In this document: positions 46,801-54,562 of the stretch, in pieces
Position numbering within the stretch: position 1 is the stretch's first letter
Layout of the letters: every line of letters begins with the position of its first letter
Origin: Prevotella sp. UBA6994
GTDB lineage: Bacteria > Bacteroidota > Bacteroidia > Bacteroidales > Bacteroidaceae
Length of the DNA stretch: 64,000 bases
Direction of reading: 5' to 3'
Assembly: GCA_002449845.1 (NCBI GenBank)
Contig: DJXW01000019.1
Coordinates: forward strand, 21,174 to 85,173
Notes under the pieces: generated by a model
Told to the model about the DNA's origin: nothing
Database searches by the model: none
What the model saw: the letters and a program-made list of their open reading frames with translations, nothing else
Position numbers and translations under genes: made by a program

Positions 46801-47880
46801 TGTCTTGACGTTGTTGACGGTGATAGATGCCGTTCCGATGCAAGTGGTGTTGGGAGCCATTCCACGGTCAGAGCCCGTATCCTTTTCTGTCATGATTTGG
46901 CAATCTACGAGTTCGTTGTCATCAGCATAGAGTTTGTTGGCGTATAATTCATATTCTACCTTATATCCCTTGACTGTTTTGGTGCTTAGGTTCTCCAAGG
47001 TGGTTTCTATCTTCATGTTACCATCCGCTTGCGCATGAACCACGAGGTCTTGGATGTGTACCTTCGGTGTGGCATAAACGTTCACCGAACGGAAGATACC
47101 TGGCAGACGGAACATATCTTGTGCTTCGAGGAACGAACCGTCGGAATTGCGATATACTTCCACGCTGATGGAATTGTCGCCTATGTGTGCAAAGCGGGTG
47201 ATGTCGAAACGTGCCGCATCACGGGAGTTCTTGGAAAATCCCACATATTGTCCGTTCACCCACAGGTAGAAGAATGAATCCACACCGTCAAACTCCACGA
47301 ACAATTCTTCTCCCTTCCACGTCTTGGGAATGGTGAAGGTTCGACGATAAGAGCCCACCTCATTGCGGTATTTGTATGTGGTCCAGTTGGTGGGAGGGGT
47401 GCGCATCACGCCTTCTCGCCAATCGTCTTTCTTCACTTGGTGGTAGAAGATGACGGGTTGGTTCACGTAGATAGGTGTGCCGTATTTTTGGCTACCGTCT
47501 TGCTGTATGCCTATGATGTTCCAGTTGGAGGGGACGATGACATCGTCCCAGACGGAACAGTCGAAGGTTGGGAGATAGAAGTCTTTAGGGCGCTCGTCGG
47601 GGGTCTTGGCGAAATGGAATTTCCATGTGCCGTTGAGACTCATGCGATGCGAGCTGTACTCTGGCAATACGTGGCGAGCCTCTTCTACGTTAGCGAACGA
47701 GGCAAACCATGCACGGGGTTGCAGCTTATTGTAACCCAACAGCATGGGCGATTGCCATTCTTCTCCCGTGGGAGCCTTGTCGTTACCATATTGAAAACCT
47801 TCCAGAGGTTTATTGTCGGCATGAGCGACAAGAGTGAAGCACCACAATAAGGATGCTATGAATAGTTTGGTCTTTGTCAT
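43804..47880 (-). CDS. GH2 beta-galactosidase with C-terminal F5/8 type C (discoidin) domain
   Basis: Signal peptide. IAIWSLGNEAG (acid/base), HISEYAHSMGN (nucleophile), GGAIWDWIDQSL, AYGGDFGDTPND. C-terminal AEHLVDGNPNTYWHTMW is discoidin-like. Confidence 0.93.
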   Translation of the reverse strand: MTKTKLFIASLLWCFTLVAHADNKPLEGFQYGNDKAPTGEEWQSPMLLGYNKLQPRAWFASFANVEEARHVLPEYSSHRMSLNGTWKFHFAKTPDERPKDFYLPTFDCSVWDDVIVPSNWNIIGIQQDGSQKYGTPIYVNQPVIFYHQVKKDDWREGVMRTPPTNWTTYKYRNEVGSYRRTFTIPKTWKGEELFVEFDGVDSFFYLWVNGQYVGFSKNSRDAARFDITRFAHIGDNSISVEVYRNSDGSFLEAQDMFRLPGIFRSVNVYATPKVHIQDLVVHAQADGNMKIETTLENLSTKTVKGYKVEYELYANKLYADDNELVDCQIMTEKDTGSDRGMAPNTTCIGTASITVNNVKTWTSEEPNLYVLVAKLKDKKGRVKEVVSTQVGFRTVEIKDVPASEDEFGLAGRYFLINGKPLKLKGVNRHETNPATGHAITREQMREEVMMMKRANINHVRTSHYSYDPYFYYLCNKYGIWLEAEANLESHEYYYGEASLSHPIEWRPAHIARMMELAHSRVNDPCIAIWSLGNEAGPGDNFKASYAAVKAFDTSRPVQYERNNDIVDMGSNQYPSVNWVRSAVKGNMNIKYPFHISEYAHSMGNAVGNLIDYWEAIESTNFFCGGAIWDWIDQSLYNYGGRRNYDGGSQNERTKEGSTSSLATSSSPLATTSPINHRNSTIKYLAYGGDFGDTPNDREFVMNGIIFGDMEPKPQYYEVKKVYQNIGIKWNDEKTGTIDIFNKNYYTDDLSSYDCFYTLEADGEKVKEGKIEVGSIAPRKHKTVSIDGLNPQALDHREYFLTIEFRQKHDTPWAKSGFVQADEQLMVKQAEQRPALSMKGTLQLSEPTNDLLNLSDGNQFHVSFDLKKGTIYSLQYGNEEMIDGHDGLLLDAFRAPVNNDNWGQTSWYQHGLDRLQQKVLSWNKHVNEDGSVSLAFTTQSQADGNDFCFQNNIIYTVYADGTIEVQSAITSNNPTVVLPRLGYSIRLPKSLNNLTYYGRGPIDNYPDRKSGQFIRIYNNKVEKEFENFPKPQDMGNHQDTRYCQLTNDQGKGLLLMPKDKMSFSILPWTAQELAQAKHPHELPISNHNTLHLDIAITGLGGNSCGQGAPLEYDRVKATPHTFAFIIRPATNKPSMVQPAGPAPLIIERDAEGNVAISSTKENHQPIYFLVNDGTNAKNKKRSSKPQRYTGTFNLRNGGTVKAYEQGCEWIVNSKEFERIDHIPVTVSFASSVESGEGNAEHLVDGNPNTYWHTMWSVTVANYPHWVDFDCGTTKMLKGFAYLPRQDSSNGNIKEYSIQVSNDGKTWGYPICQGTFANDKKEKKILFSQPVKARYLRFNALSSQDGQDFATGAEFSILEQ
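45845..45955. repeat. 111-bp palindromic repeat element inserted in frame in the GH2 gene
   Basis: Perfect 12-bp terminal inverted repeats GAATTACGATGG (45845-45856) and CCATCGTAATTC (45944-45955). Central hairpin GGAAG-atgta-CTTCC. Blocks are shared with 48451-48630. Confidence 0.85.
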
Positions 47881-48113
47881 GTGTATCTGAGGTTAGTGTT
47901 TTTTATTTCAATTTTGTTTCATGAAATCACCATTGTTGGATGAGTTTCAATTAACATGGCAAAGGTAAACAATATATTTCGTTTTTCAAAATGATATGTA
48001 GGTTTTATTTCAATTTTAAGGATAGGCTTGCAACACGCAAACCTATCCCCTACAACTGACAAAAGCTATAATTACGTATCAGGGACATAACTATTGCCAT
48101 TATGATTAGTGGT

Positions 48114-48869
48114 TTAGTTTTCTGCTAACTGTTTTTTCCATTTATAATATCCGGCAATGGCGATGATGACATAAAGCCCATAGAGTGAAGCCTTGAACGG
48201 AATGTCTTTGTAGAAATACAACACGCACGTTACTACATCAACGACAATCCAGATAAGCCATTGCTCCAAATACTTACGCGCCAACGCCCAAATGCCCACC
48301 ATGCTCAATGCCGTGGTAAAGCTGTCGGCGATGGGTACGCGTGAGTCGGTGTAAGTAACCAATAACCACCAGATGGTTGCCCAAATGGCAAGTGTGCCTA
48401 TCGTCCACGGTAAGATATACTTTCGCTCAAAGTGAGTGCATTTGAAGGATGAATTAGGATGGTCGATGGTTGAAGTTGTCGCTGAAGGCGAGGGTTGATG
48501 TTCGATGGTTGAATTACGATGTTCGATGGTTGAATTTGGAAGTGTTTCGCTTGTCAGCGAGGACGAAGTTGTGAGGGAAGATGTACTTCCATCCTGCGGC
48601 TCAGCCGCACCCCTTCCTCCTTCGTAATTCTTCCTTCCTCCTTCAAAAAACTTCCACATGATGAAGCCATAGAAGGACATTCCGAGATAGTAGAACTCCA
48701 TGCCGCAGTCGGCATAGAGTCCTTTTTGGTAACAGAGTACGATTCCCAAGGATTCCATCAGGATTCCCACCAACCACAACCAGATGCTTGCCTTGTATTC
48801 CAGGATGATATAGACAAGTCCTAAGACTGTGGTGGTGATGTCAAGCCAATATTCTCGTAGAAAGTCCAT
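48114..48869 (-). CDS. pnuT: PnuC-family transporter, thiamine-type (PnuT-like), carrying a repeat-encoded loop insertion
   Basis: PnuC-like TM pattern (GLVYIILEYKASIWLWLVGIL..., WIVVDVVTCVLYFYKD). It lies downstream of a TPP-riboswitch-controlled TonB-dependent receptor. Confidence 0.8.
   Translation of the reverse strand: MDFLREYWLDITTTVLGLVYIILEYKASIWLWLVGILMESLGIVLCYQKGLYADCGMEFYYLGMSFYGFIMWKFFEGGRKNYEGGRGAAEPQDGSTSSLTTSSSLTSETLPNSTIEHRNSTIEHQPSPSATTSTIDHPNSSFKCTHFERKYILPWTIGTLAIWATIWWLLVTYTDSRVPIADSFTTALSMVGIWALARKYLEQWLIWIVVDVVTCVLYFYKDIPFKASLYGLYVIIAIAGYYKWKKQLAEN
48451..48630. repeat. 180-bp copy of the same palindromic element, in frame in pnuT
   Basis: Ends GAATTAGGATGG / CCTTCGTAATTC (10 of 12 complementary). 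Shared blocks GAAGTTGTCGCTGAAGGCGAGG and GAAGTTGTGAGGGAAGATGTACTTCC. The internal 21-bp unit gttcgatggttgaattacgat is repeated. Confidence 0.85.
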
Positions 48870-48880
48870 TGTTTGTTATC

Positions 48881-51310
48881 TTAGAATCTTAGCGTCAGAC
48901 TACTCATACATGTGAAGCCTGACATGGGGATAAATCCTATCTGGTAATAGCGGTTGTCGTTGGTGTGACCATAGCTCTCGGCAATGGCTGAGTACACCCA
49001 ACCGCTGGCAGCGTAGCGTCGGCTGAAGATGTTGTTGAAGTTCATCCCTACCGTTATCTCCTTGATGCCCAGTGCCTTCTTCACCTTCGATGTATAACTG
49101 AGGTTGAGGTTTGAGGTGCTGTAGCAAGGTAATGAGCGGTCAGCATTCTCCGTGTTGTCAAGGTATTGGCGGCTCACGTAGTTGGTGTGCCATACGGCTT
49201 GCCAACCTTGGTAATGCAGGTTGATGAATCCGTTGATAATCACAGAGGGCGAGAATGCAAGAGTAGAGTTGTCATAATGGAACTCACGCAGCTCGTCTCC
49301 GTTGCCGTCGCAATGATATTTGGCTGCATCGGTATTGCCTTCCCAGTCGTCCCAGTCTTCTACGAACTCATGAAAATCCTTGATTTTGTTTTTGCTCAAT
49401 GTGGCATTTCCTTCGATGGTGAGCCAACGGGTGATGTTCCAGCCAGCCGTCAACTCTATACCCATGCGGTAAGACTTGTCGATGTTGGTAGTCAACTTTT
49501 CACCGATGTCGCTCACGGCTCCGGTCTGCACGAATTGGTCTTTGTAATTCATGTAATAGAGGTTGGCGCCAACCCTGAAAGCAGAGCTCTCAAACTGGTA
49601 ACCTGCCTCGAAGTCGAGCAGTTGCTCTGCCTTGGGAGCGGGATAGTTGCTGTTGTCGGTGAAGTTGTTGCGTTCTGGCTCACGATGGCTCCATGCTACC
49701 GAACCATAGACCAGGTGGTTGCCCGAACGATAGCTGATACCAGCCTTGGGATTGAAGAAATCGTATTTCTTGTCGATGTTTAGGAATTGCTTGCTGTAAG
49801 TGCCATCGTTGTTGTCTTTAAACTTGTCGTTGTAGCCATCGGTCTTATATCCCACGTGGCGATATTGCACGTCGCCAAACATGCTCAAGTGGCTGTTGAT
49901 ATAATAGGTGGCTTTGAGGAAAGCAGAACCGTCCAACTTCTTCGCATCTGAATCGTAATACTGATAGTCGCCGTTGGCAAGCAGGTACTTGCTCAATGCT
50001 GCGTTCGATACGTATGTGAGGTAACCGAAATGGTTGCCTGAGAAATTCTGCAAAGACAATCCGCCGATGATATCCCATGCGTCTTTTTTGTAATTGATGT
50101 TCCAAATCAGTCCGTAGGTATCTTGTTTCAGACCTTTCTTTCGCACGAAGTCGCTTTTCTTCACCGTTGAACCGTCGGGAGCAGTATAGTTGCTCAGTCC
50201 AAACTTCTTCAACTTATTGTCGTATCTGAACTCATTGTAATATCCATAGCCGTGTGTGTAGTGCAGAGATGCGGTGGTTGACCAATAGGGGTTGATGTCC
50301 CAGACAGCAGAGAGAATGTTACGGTTCTGCCAGAAATTGTCAGTGGCTTTGTCCCAATAATTACCATCGCTCATCTTGTATCGGTTGGCAATGTAGTTGC
50401 CGTTGGCATCTTTGGCGGGGTTGCCGTCGTTGTCGTAAGCCATTGTCTCATAGAGGGTGTTGTATTTGCCAAATCCCGCATTGTACAGGTCTTTATAGGT
50501 CTTGATGCCTGTCTTTGCCCCGTATGTACCATCCATGAGCGACAGGTCGTTGTCGCCTGCGGTAACACCGTTCCATGCCTGTCCCGTTCTCTCGAAATTA
50601 CCGAAGTGCTTGTAACGAATGGTGAGTTTGTTGTTTACGAAACTCAATCCTCCGTAATACGAACCCGAGCGACCTTTGGTACCGTGGATGAACCCGTCGG
50701 TGTTGGTCTCGTGGTACGCTCCGTCTAAAATCCAGTGATTGCCAAACAATCCCGTGGAGAAAGCTCCTCCGAGGTTATAGGTGTTGAACGAACCGTATGA
50801 GCCAGACAACTCACCCCATGCCTCGTCGGTTGGTGCTTTAGATGTCAGTGAGAGGGCTCCGCCAAATGCTCCGTCACCGTTGGTAGATGTTCCCACGCCA
50901 CGTTGAATCTGTACGCTACCCAACAATGAGCCATAACTGTTCATGTTTGCCCAGAACACACATTGGTCTTCGGGCGAGTTGAGAGGCACACCGTCTAACG
51001 TGACGTTGATGCGTGAGTCGCCGGCACCACGAATACGCATATACGTGGTACCCGTTCCTAATCCGTTCTCACTCCATGCCAAGATGCCTGGAGTCTGTGA
51101 GAAGAGGAATGGCAGTTCCTTACCCGTCTTTGAGAATGCGTCTAATTCCTTTTTCTTGATGTTGGCAATGGCAAACGGCGCGTCTTTCTGCGCACGCACA
51201 CCCTTTACCACCACCTCCTGCAATTGTTCCAATCGCAGGGAGTCAACTTCTTGAGCCGTGGCAATTGTGGATAATCCCACTGCGATACAAGTTAAAAATG
51301 TTTTTTTCAT
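48881..51310 (-). CDS. TonB-dependent receptor (thiamine-associated, OMthi-like)
   Basis: Signal peptide, plug (TYMRIRGAGDSRINVTLDGVPLNSPEDQ), long barrel, and C-terminal ...SSLTLRF. A TPP riboswitch lies in the leader. Confidence 0.9.
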   Translation of the reverse strand: MKKTFLTCIAVGLSTIATAQEVDSLRLEQLQEVVVKGVRAQKDAPFAIANIKKKELDAFSKTGKELPFLFSQTPGILAWSENGLGTGTTYMRIRGAGDSRINVTLDGVPLNSPEDQCVFWANMNSYGSLLGSVQIQRGVGTSTNGDGAFGGALSLTSKAPTDEAWGELSGSYGSFNTYNLGGAFSTGLFGNHWILDGAYHETNTDGFIHGTKGRSGSYYGGLSFVNNKLTIRYKHFGNFERTGQAWNGVTAGDNDLSLMDGTYGAKTGIKTYKDLYNAGFGKYNTLYETMAYDNDGNPAKDANGNYIANRYKMSDGNYWDKATDNFWQNRNILSAVWDINPYWSTTASLHYTHGYGYYNEFRYDNKLKKFGLSNYTAPDGSTVKKSDFVRKKGLKQDTYGLIWNINYKKDAWDIIGGLSLQNFSGNHFGYLTYVSNAALSKYLLANGDYQYYDSDAKKLDGSAFLKATYYINSHLSMFGDVQYRHVGYKTDGYNDKFKDNNDGTYSKQFLNIDKKYDFFNPKAGISYRSGNHLVYGSVAWSHREPERNNFTDNSNYPAPKAEQLLDFEAGYQFESSAFRVGANLYYMNYKDQFVQTGAVSDIGEKLTTNIDKSYRMGIELTAGWNITRWLTIEGNATLSKNKIKDFHEFVEDWDDWEGNTDAAKYHCDGNGDELREFHYDNSTLAFSPSVIINGFINLHYQGWQAVWHTNYVSRQYLDNTENADRSLPCYSTSNLNLSYTSKVKKALGIKEITVGMNFNNIFSRRYAASGWVYSAIAESYGHTNDNRYYQIGFIPMSGFTCMSSLTLRF

Positions 51311-51379
51311 GAAACCTTATTTTATAAGATTCGCAAGATGGCTTGCGAAAACTAATGATACAATAAGGGGGAGAGAAAG

Positions 51380-51465
51380 AATAAATTCCTACGCAGGCAT
51401 TACCCTGTTCAGGTTTGAGGGTCTAATCTCAGCCCGCCAACAAGCGAGCACCCCTTAACTTACCG
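51380..51465 (-). promoter_or_regulatory. TPP (THI-box) riboswitch
   Basis: Minus strand: GGGGTGCTCGCTTGTTGGCGGGCTGAGATTAGACCCTCAAACCTGAACAGGGTAATGCCTGCGTAGGAA. It carries the conserved CUGAGA, ACCUGA, UAAUGCC and GCGUAGGAA blocks. The downstream hairpin TTCGCAAG-ccat-CTTGCGAA (51330-51349) is a possible expression platform. Confidence 0.88.
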
Positions 51466-51480
51466 TTTGTAAGTCGGGTG

Positions 51481-51488
51481 CAAAGTTA
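51481..51488 (-). promoter_or_regulatory. Candidate Bacteroides-type -7 promoter box (TAACTTTG) for the thiamine operon
   Basis: The reverse complement of caaagtta matches TAnnTTTG and lies just upstream of the riboswitch. Confidence 0.4.
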
Positions 51489-51633
51489 CTACCTTTTTTT
51501 GAAATGTACAAGAAATCTTAAAAAAACATGTATATATTACCTGAAGGAATGTTGGGAAAGAGGGGATTTCTTGTTGTCATGATGACGAATGCCTTTCTTC
51601 TGTTTTGTCTTGAAATTTCTGAATTTAGGTGCC

Positions 51634-51946
51634 AAAATACGGGCATTTTTTCAATCGAGTTAGAACTCAGTAGGAAAAATGCTCATTTTTCAGAGTTTTC
51701 ACATGTCGTTAAGAATCAACGACTTACGGTTTTGTGGTGCGCATTGGTGTTTCAAAAAGAGTACTTTTTTATCGCAAAAAGCATGATTTTGGGCATTCAT
51801 AACATATATAGTTAGCACCCGTAACATATATAGTTACGGTCATAACGATACATGTTGGCGTGAAAAACACCATATTTTGACCCTCTCAACTCATTTTTTG
51901 GCTCTCCCATTTCTGGAAGGCACAAAAATTCAAACAACTTTTTGTC
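51634..51946 (+). repeat. Noncoding repeat element, copy B (homologous to 36753-37086)
   Basis: See copy A. Hairpin at 51642-51682 and palindrome array at 51799-51857. Confidence 0.85.
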
Positions 51947-52175
51947 ATGGATATTTACTGCTTCTATCTTCTCCCAATCCTTCTTTGTTGGCAAATTAGT
52001 CAACAGCCCATACCGTTAAATACTGCGTTATGATTTTTTAACAAAAAAGTTAGGTTTTCATTCAAGCATGATTTTTTAACTTCATACATCTTTTCTTTCA
52101 TTTCATCCATGATTTTTGCGATTTTCATGTTTTTGGGGCAGAAAGAGAAATTTGCGGGATTCGGGTTTTATTTTA

Positions 52176-52183
52176 TAAATTTG
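52176..52183 (+). promoter_or_regulatory. Candidate -7 promoter box (TAAATTTG) for the 52260 gene cluster
   Basis: Matches TAnnTTTG, 77 bp upstream of the ATG at 52260. Confidence 0.35.
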
Positions 52184-52259
52184 CGGTCATCAATATATGA
52201 TATTTATCTAAAGAGAATGTATTTTTATTCTTAACTAATAATTCTAAAACCAAACAATT

Positions 52260-53186
52260 ATGAAGAAAATGACCTTAATCTTGGCGAGCCTCATGATGGC
52301 AGCCTTGAGTGCAAATGCACAAATCAGTAAAGTACTCCTTCAACACCAAGGAAATGTGACGATGTTTGAACCAGAAGACATTCAAAAAGCAATTGATGCT
52401 GCTCAAAATGGAGATTCTATTTTTCTTAATAAAGGAACCTTTCCTGGATTTACTATAACCAAACAGATTTCTGTGATTGGAGCAGGCGAATCCAATACGA
52501 GAGTTTCATCACAAATAATTATAGATATTCCTAACAAACCGACATTGTCAGCTCGTATGTTAGATGGTATCGGTCGTAGTAGTGGTGGTGGAACCGTAAT
52601 TGTAAATAAAGCTGTAAATAATCTAATAATCAGAAAGTGTTCTTTATATAGATTTGAATTCAACGATTTTGTTGATGATGTCTCTATAGATAGATGCACT
52701 GTATCCCGTATCATGTTGTCAGAAAAAGTAATCGGACTTACTATTAACAACTCTATATTGGAATTTATCTACGGTACTGCGAATAAGGATACTTCTGTAA
52801 AGTGTATAAATTGTCATTTAACCACTGCACCTCCCACTCAATCTTCTTCATCTACGGTAGTAACATTTGTTAATTGTATTGTATATAATGCTGCCACTTA
52901 CCATTATTCTAATAAATGTCAATACTTAAATTGTTCTGTTCACAGTATGTTATGGGGTATATATAATGATGAGTGTAATGTCGATTATAGCAAGATCAAA
53001 GATTATACTGCTAATGAATTGGATTTCTATAAATATTATGGTACTGATGGTACAATAATAGGAATAGAAGGAGGACAATCCCCCTATACTTTGGTCACTA
53101 CAGCCCCTAAAGTAACAGAAAAAGACATTAAAGTCTCTACTGACATGAAGAAATTAAACGTGAACATCAAGGTTACTCCTAATTAA
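52260..53186 (+). CDS. Secreted protein, probable right-handed beta-helix fold
   Basis: Signal peptide MKKMTLILASLMMAALSANAQ. IQKAIDAAQNGDSIFLNKGTF is typical of beta-helix N-termini. Periodic (I/V)xNC(x) strands follow (IRKCSLY, IDRCTVS, INNSILE, CINCHLT, FVNCIVY, YLNCSVH). Confidence 0.7.
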   Translation: MKKMTLILASLMMAALSANAQISKVLLQHQGNVTMFEPEDIQKAIDAAQNGDSIFLNKGTFPGFTITKQISVIGAGESNTRVSSQIIIDIPNKPTLSARMLDGIGRSSGGGTVIVNKAVNNLIIRKCSLYRFEFNDFVDDVSIDRCTVSRIMLSEKVIGLTINNSILEFIYGTANKDTSVKCINCHLTTAPPTQSSSSTVVTFVNCIVYNAATYHYSNKCQYLNCSVHSMLWGIYNDECNVDYSKIKDYTANELDFYKYYGTDGTIIGIEGGQSPYTLVTTAPKVTEKDIKVSTDMKKLNVNIKVTPN

Positions 53187-53198
53187 AAATCTATTATT

Positions 53199-54278
53199 AT
53201 GTACAAAAGAGTTTTAAATCTCATAATGCTCATTTGTATGGCATTATTTGCGCAAGCGCAAAACGAAGTAGGTACCATTACCGAATATCAATATTGGATT
53301 GATGACAATTCTGACCAAAAGGTATCGAAATTCACTTCAAGCAATAATTTTTCTTTAAACCTGAATATCACCAATCTGGATTGTGGCTTGCACTATTTTA
53401 ATTTCCGTGCACGTAACAGTCTTGGTGAATGGGGTGAGTTGACAAGACTGATGTTCTACAAGTCGGAAGTGAATGCTCCCGAGGAAGATGCTACGATTAC
53501 AGAATATGAGTATTGGCTTGATGACAACTATGCCCAGCACAAGACCGTCGCTGCCACGAATAACAACTTCGTTGCTTCCATCCCTATCAATAGATTGGGA
53601 GAAGGTGTACATTATTTCAATTTCCGTGCCAAGAATTCCTATGGGCTATGGAGCGAATTGTTGAGAGTGATGTTCATGGCTCCAGCACCATCGGGTGATG
53701 ATGGAGAAGAGTTGCTGATAGTATCCACTAATGATGGATATGTGACGTATTGTTCCGAAAATGGACTTGACCTGAGCAACTTTGAGGCATATATCATTTC
53801 TCAATATGATGGTGATATTGTATATCTCTCGCGCATACAAAATGCACCTGCCAATACGGGTTTGATTATCAGGGCTGAAGCAGGTAGCTATGACATTCCT
53901 ATCACTGCTGATCGTGGTTATGTGACAAACATGCTAAAAGGTGTGAACACGGAAACTACCATTGAACCCACCGAAGGTTCCTTGACAAACTTCTTGTTGG
54001 CAAAAGGCAGTAATGGTGTAGGATTCTATCGTGTAAAAGAGGCTGGTAAGTTAGCTGCACATAAAGCTTATCTTCAATTGCCCACATCCTTGTTGGAAAA
54101 TGGCGCAAAGTATTTCCAATTGCGATTTGACGATGGCACGACTGGCATGAGTGGCGTTATGGTTTCAGATGATGAAGAAACAAAGCCTTATTATGACTTG
54201 CAGGGTCGTCGATTTGATAACAAGCCTTTAATGCGTGGTATTTATGTACGTAATGGTAAGAAGGTAGTAGTTAAATAA
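53199..54278 (+). CDS. T9SS-sorted protein with two Y_Y_Y-like Ig repeats
   Basis: Signal peptide. Two roughly 85-aa repeats (ITEYQYWIDDN...GLHYFNFRARNSLGEWGEL and ITEYEYWLDDN...GVHYFNFRAKNSYGLWSEL). C-terminal YYDLQGRRFDNKPLMRGIYVRNGKKVVVK is T9SS type A CTD-like. Confidence 0.8.
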   Translation: MYKRVLNLIMLICMALFAQAQNEVGTITEYQYWIDDNSDQKVSKFTSSNNFSLNLNITNLDCGLHYFNFRARNSLGEWGELTRLMFYKSEVNAPEEDATITEYEYWLDDNYAQHKTVAATNNNFVASIPINRLGEGVHYFNFRAKNSYGLWSELLRVMFMAPAPSGDDGEELLIVSTNDGYVTYCSENGLDLSNFEAYIISQYDGDIVYLSRIQNAPANTGLIIRAEAGSYDIPITADRGYVTNMLKGVNTETTIEPTEGSLTNFLLAKGSNGVGFYRVKEAGKLAAHKAYLQLPTSLLENGAKYFQLRFDDGTTGMSGVMVSDDEETKPYYDLQGRRFDNKPLMRGIYVRNGKKVVVK

Positions 54279-54302
54279 TAAACATTTAAACAAACCCTTA
54301 TC

Positions 54303-54494
54303 ATGGAAAAAAGGAAATATGACTATCCACAAGTTGTGGTGATTGATATGGAAAGTAATGAACTAATGAAAGATTTCATTAATTTTTCATTAGACGAAGT
54401 GATACCAGGTCCACCTGTAAACCCTAATCCCGATGATGGTGTAGGTACAGATGACGCACTCGTTAAAGGCTATAGTGTGTGGGATGAGGAATAA
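54303..54494 (+). CDS. Small acidic hypothetical protein (63 aa, no signal peptide)
   Basis: ORF with tight spacing in the cluster. Sequence MEKRKYDYPQVVVIDMESNELMKDF...PGPPVNPNPDDGVGTDDALVKGYSVWDEE. No family recognised. Confidence 0.5.
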   Translation: MEKRKYDYPQVVVIDMESNELMKDFINFSLDEVIPGPPVNPNPDDGVGTDDALVKGYSVWDEE

Positions 54495-54516
54495 TTGAAA
54501 GTGATTTGTATAATCT

Positions 54517-54547
54517 GGAATTGGCATTTAAATAGAATGCCAATTCC
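54517..54547 (+). other. Perfect 11-bp stem-loop after the small ORF
   Basis: GGAATTGGCAT-ttaaataga-ATGCCAATTCC, with no clear U tract. Confidence 0.6.
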
Positions 54548-54562
54548 TTAATAAAAAGAAAT

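Noticed and set aside
52010-52140. Direct repeats of ATGATTTTTTAAC and AAATTTGCGG upstream of the AT-rich cluster, considered as invertible-promoter inverted repeats.
   Set aside because: They are direct, not inverted. No recombinase gene is nearby. AT-rich promoter regions generate such matches by chance.
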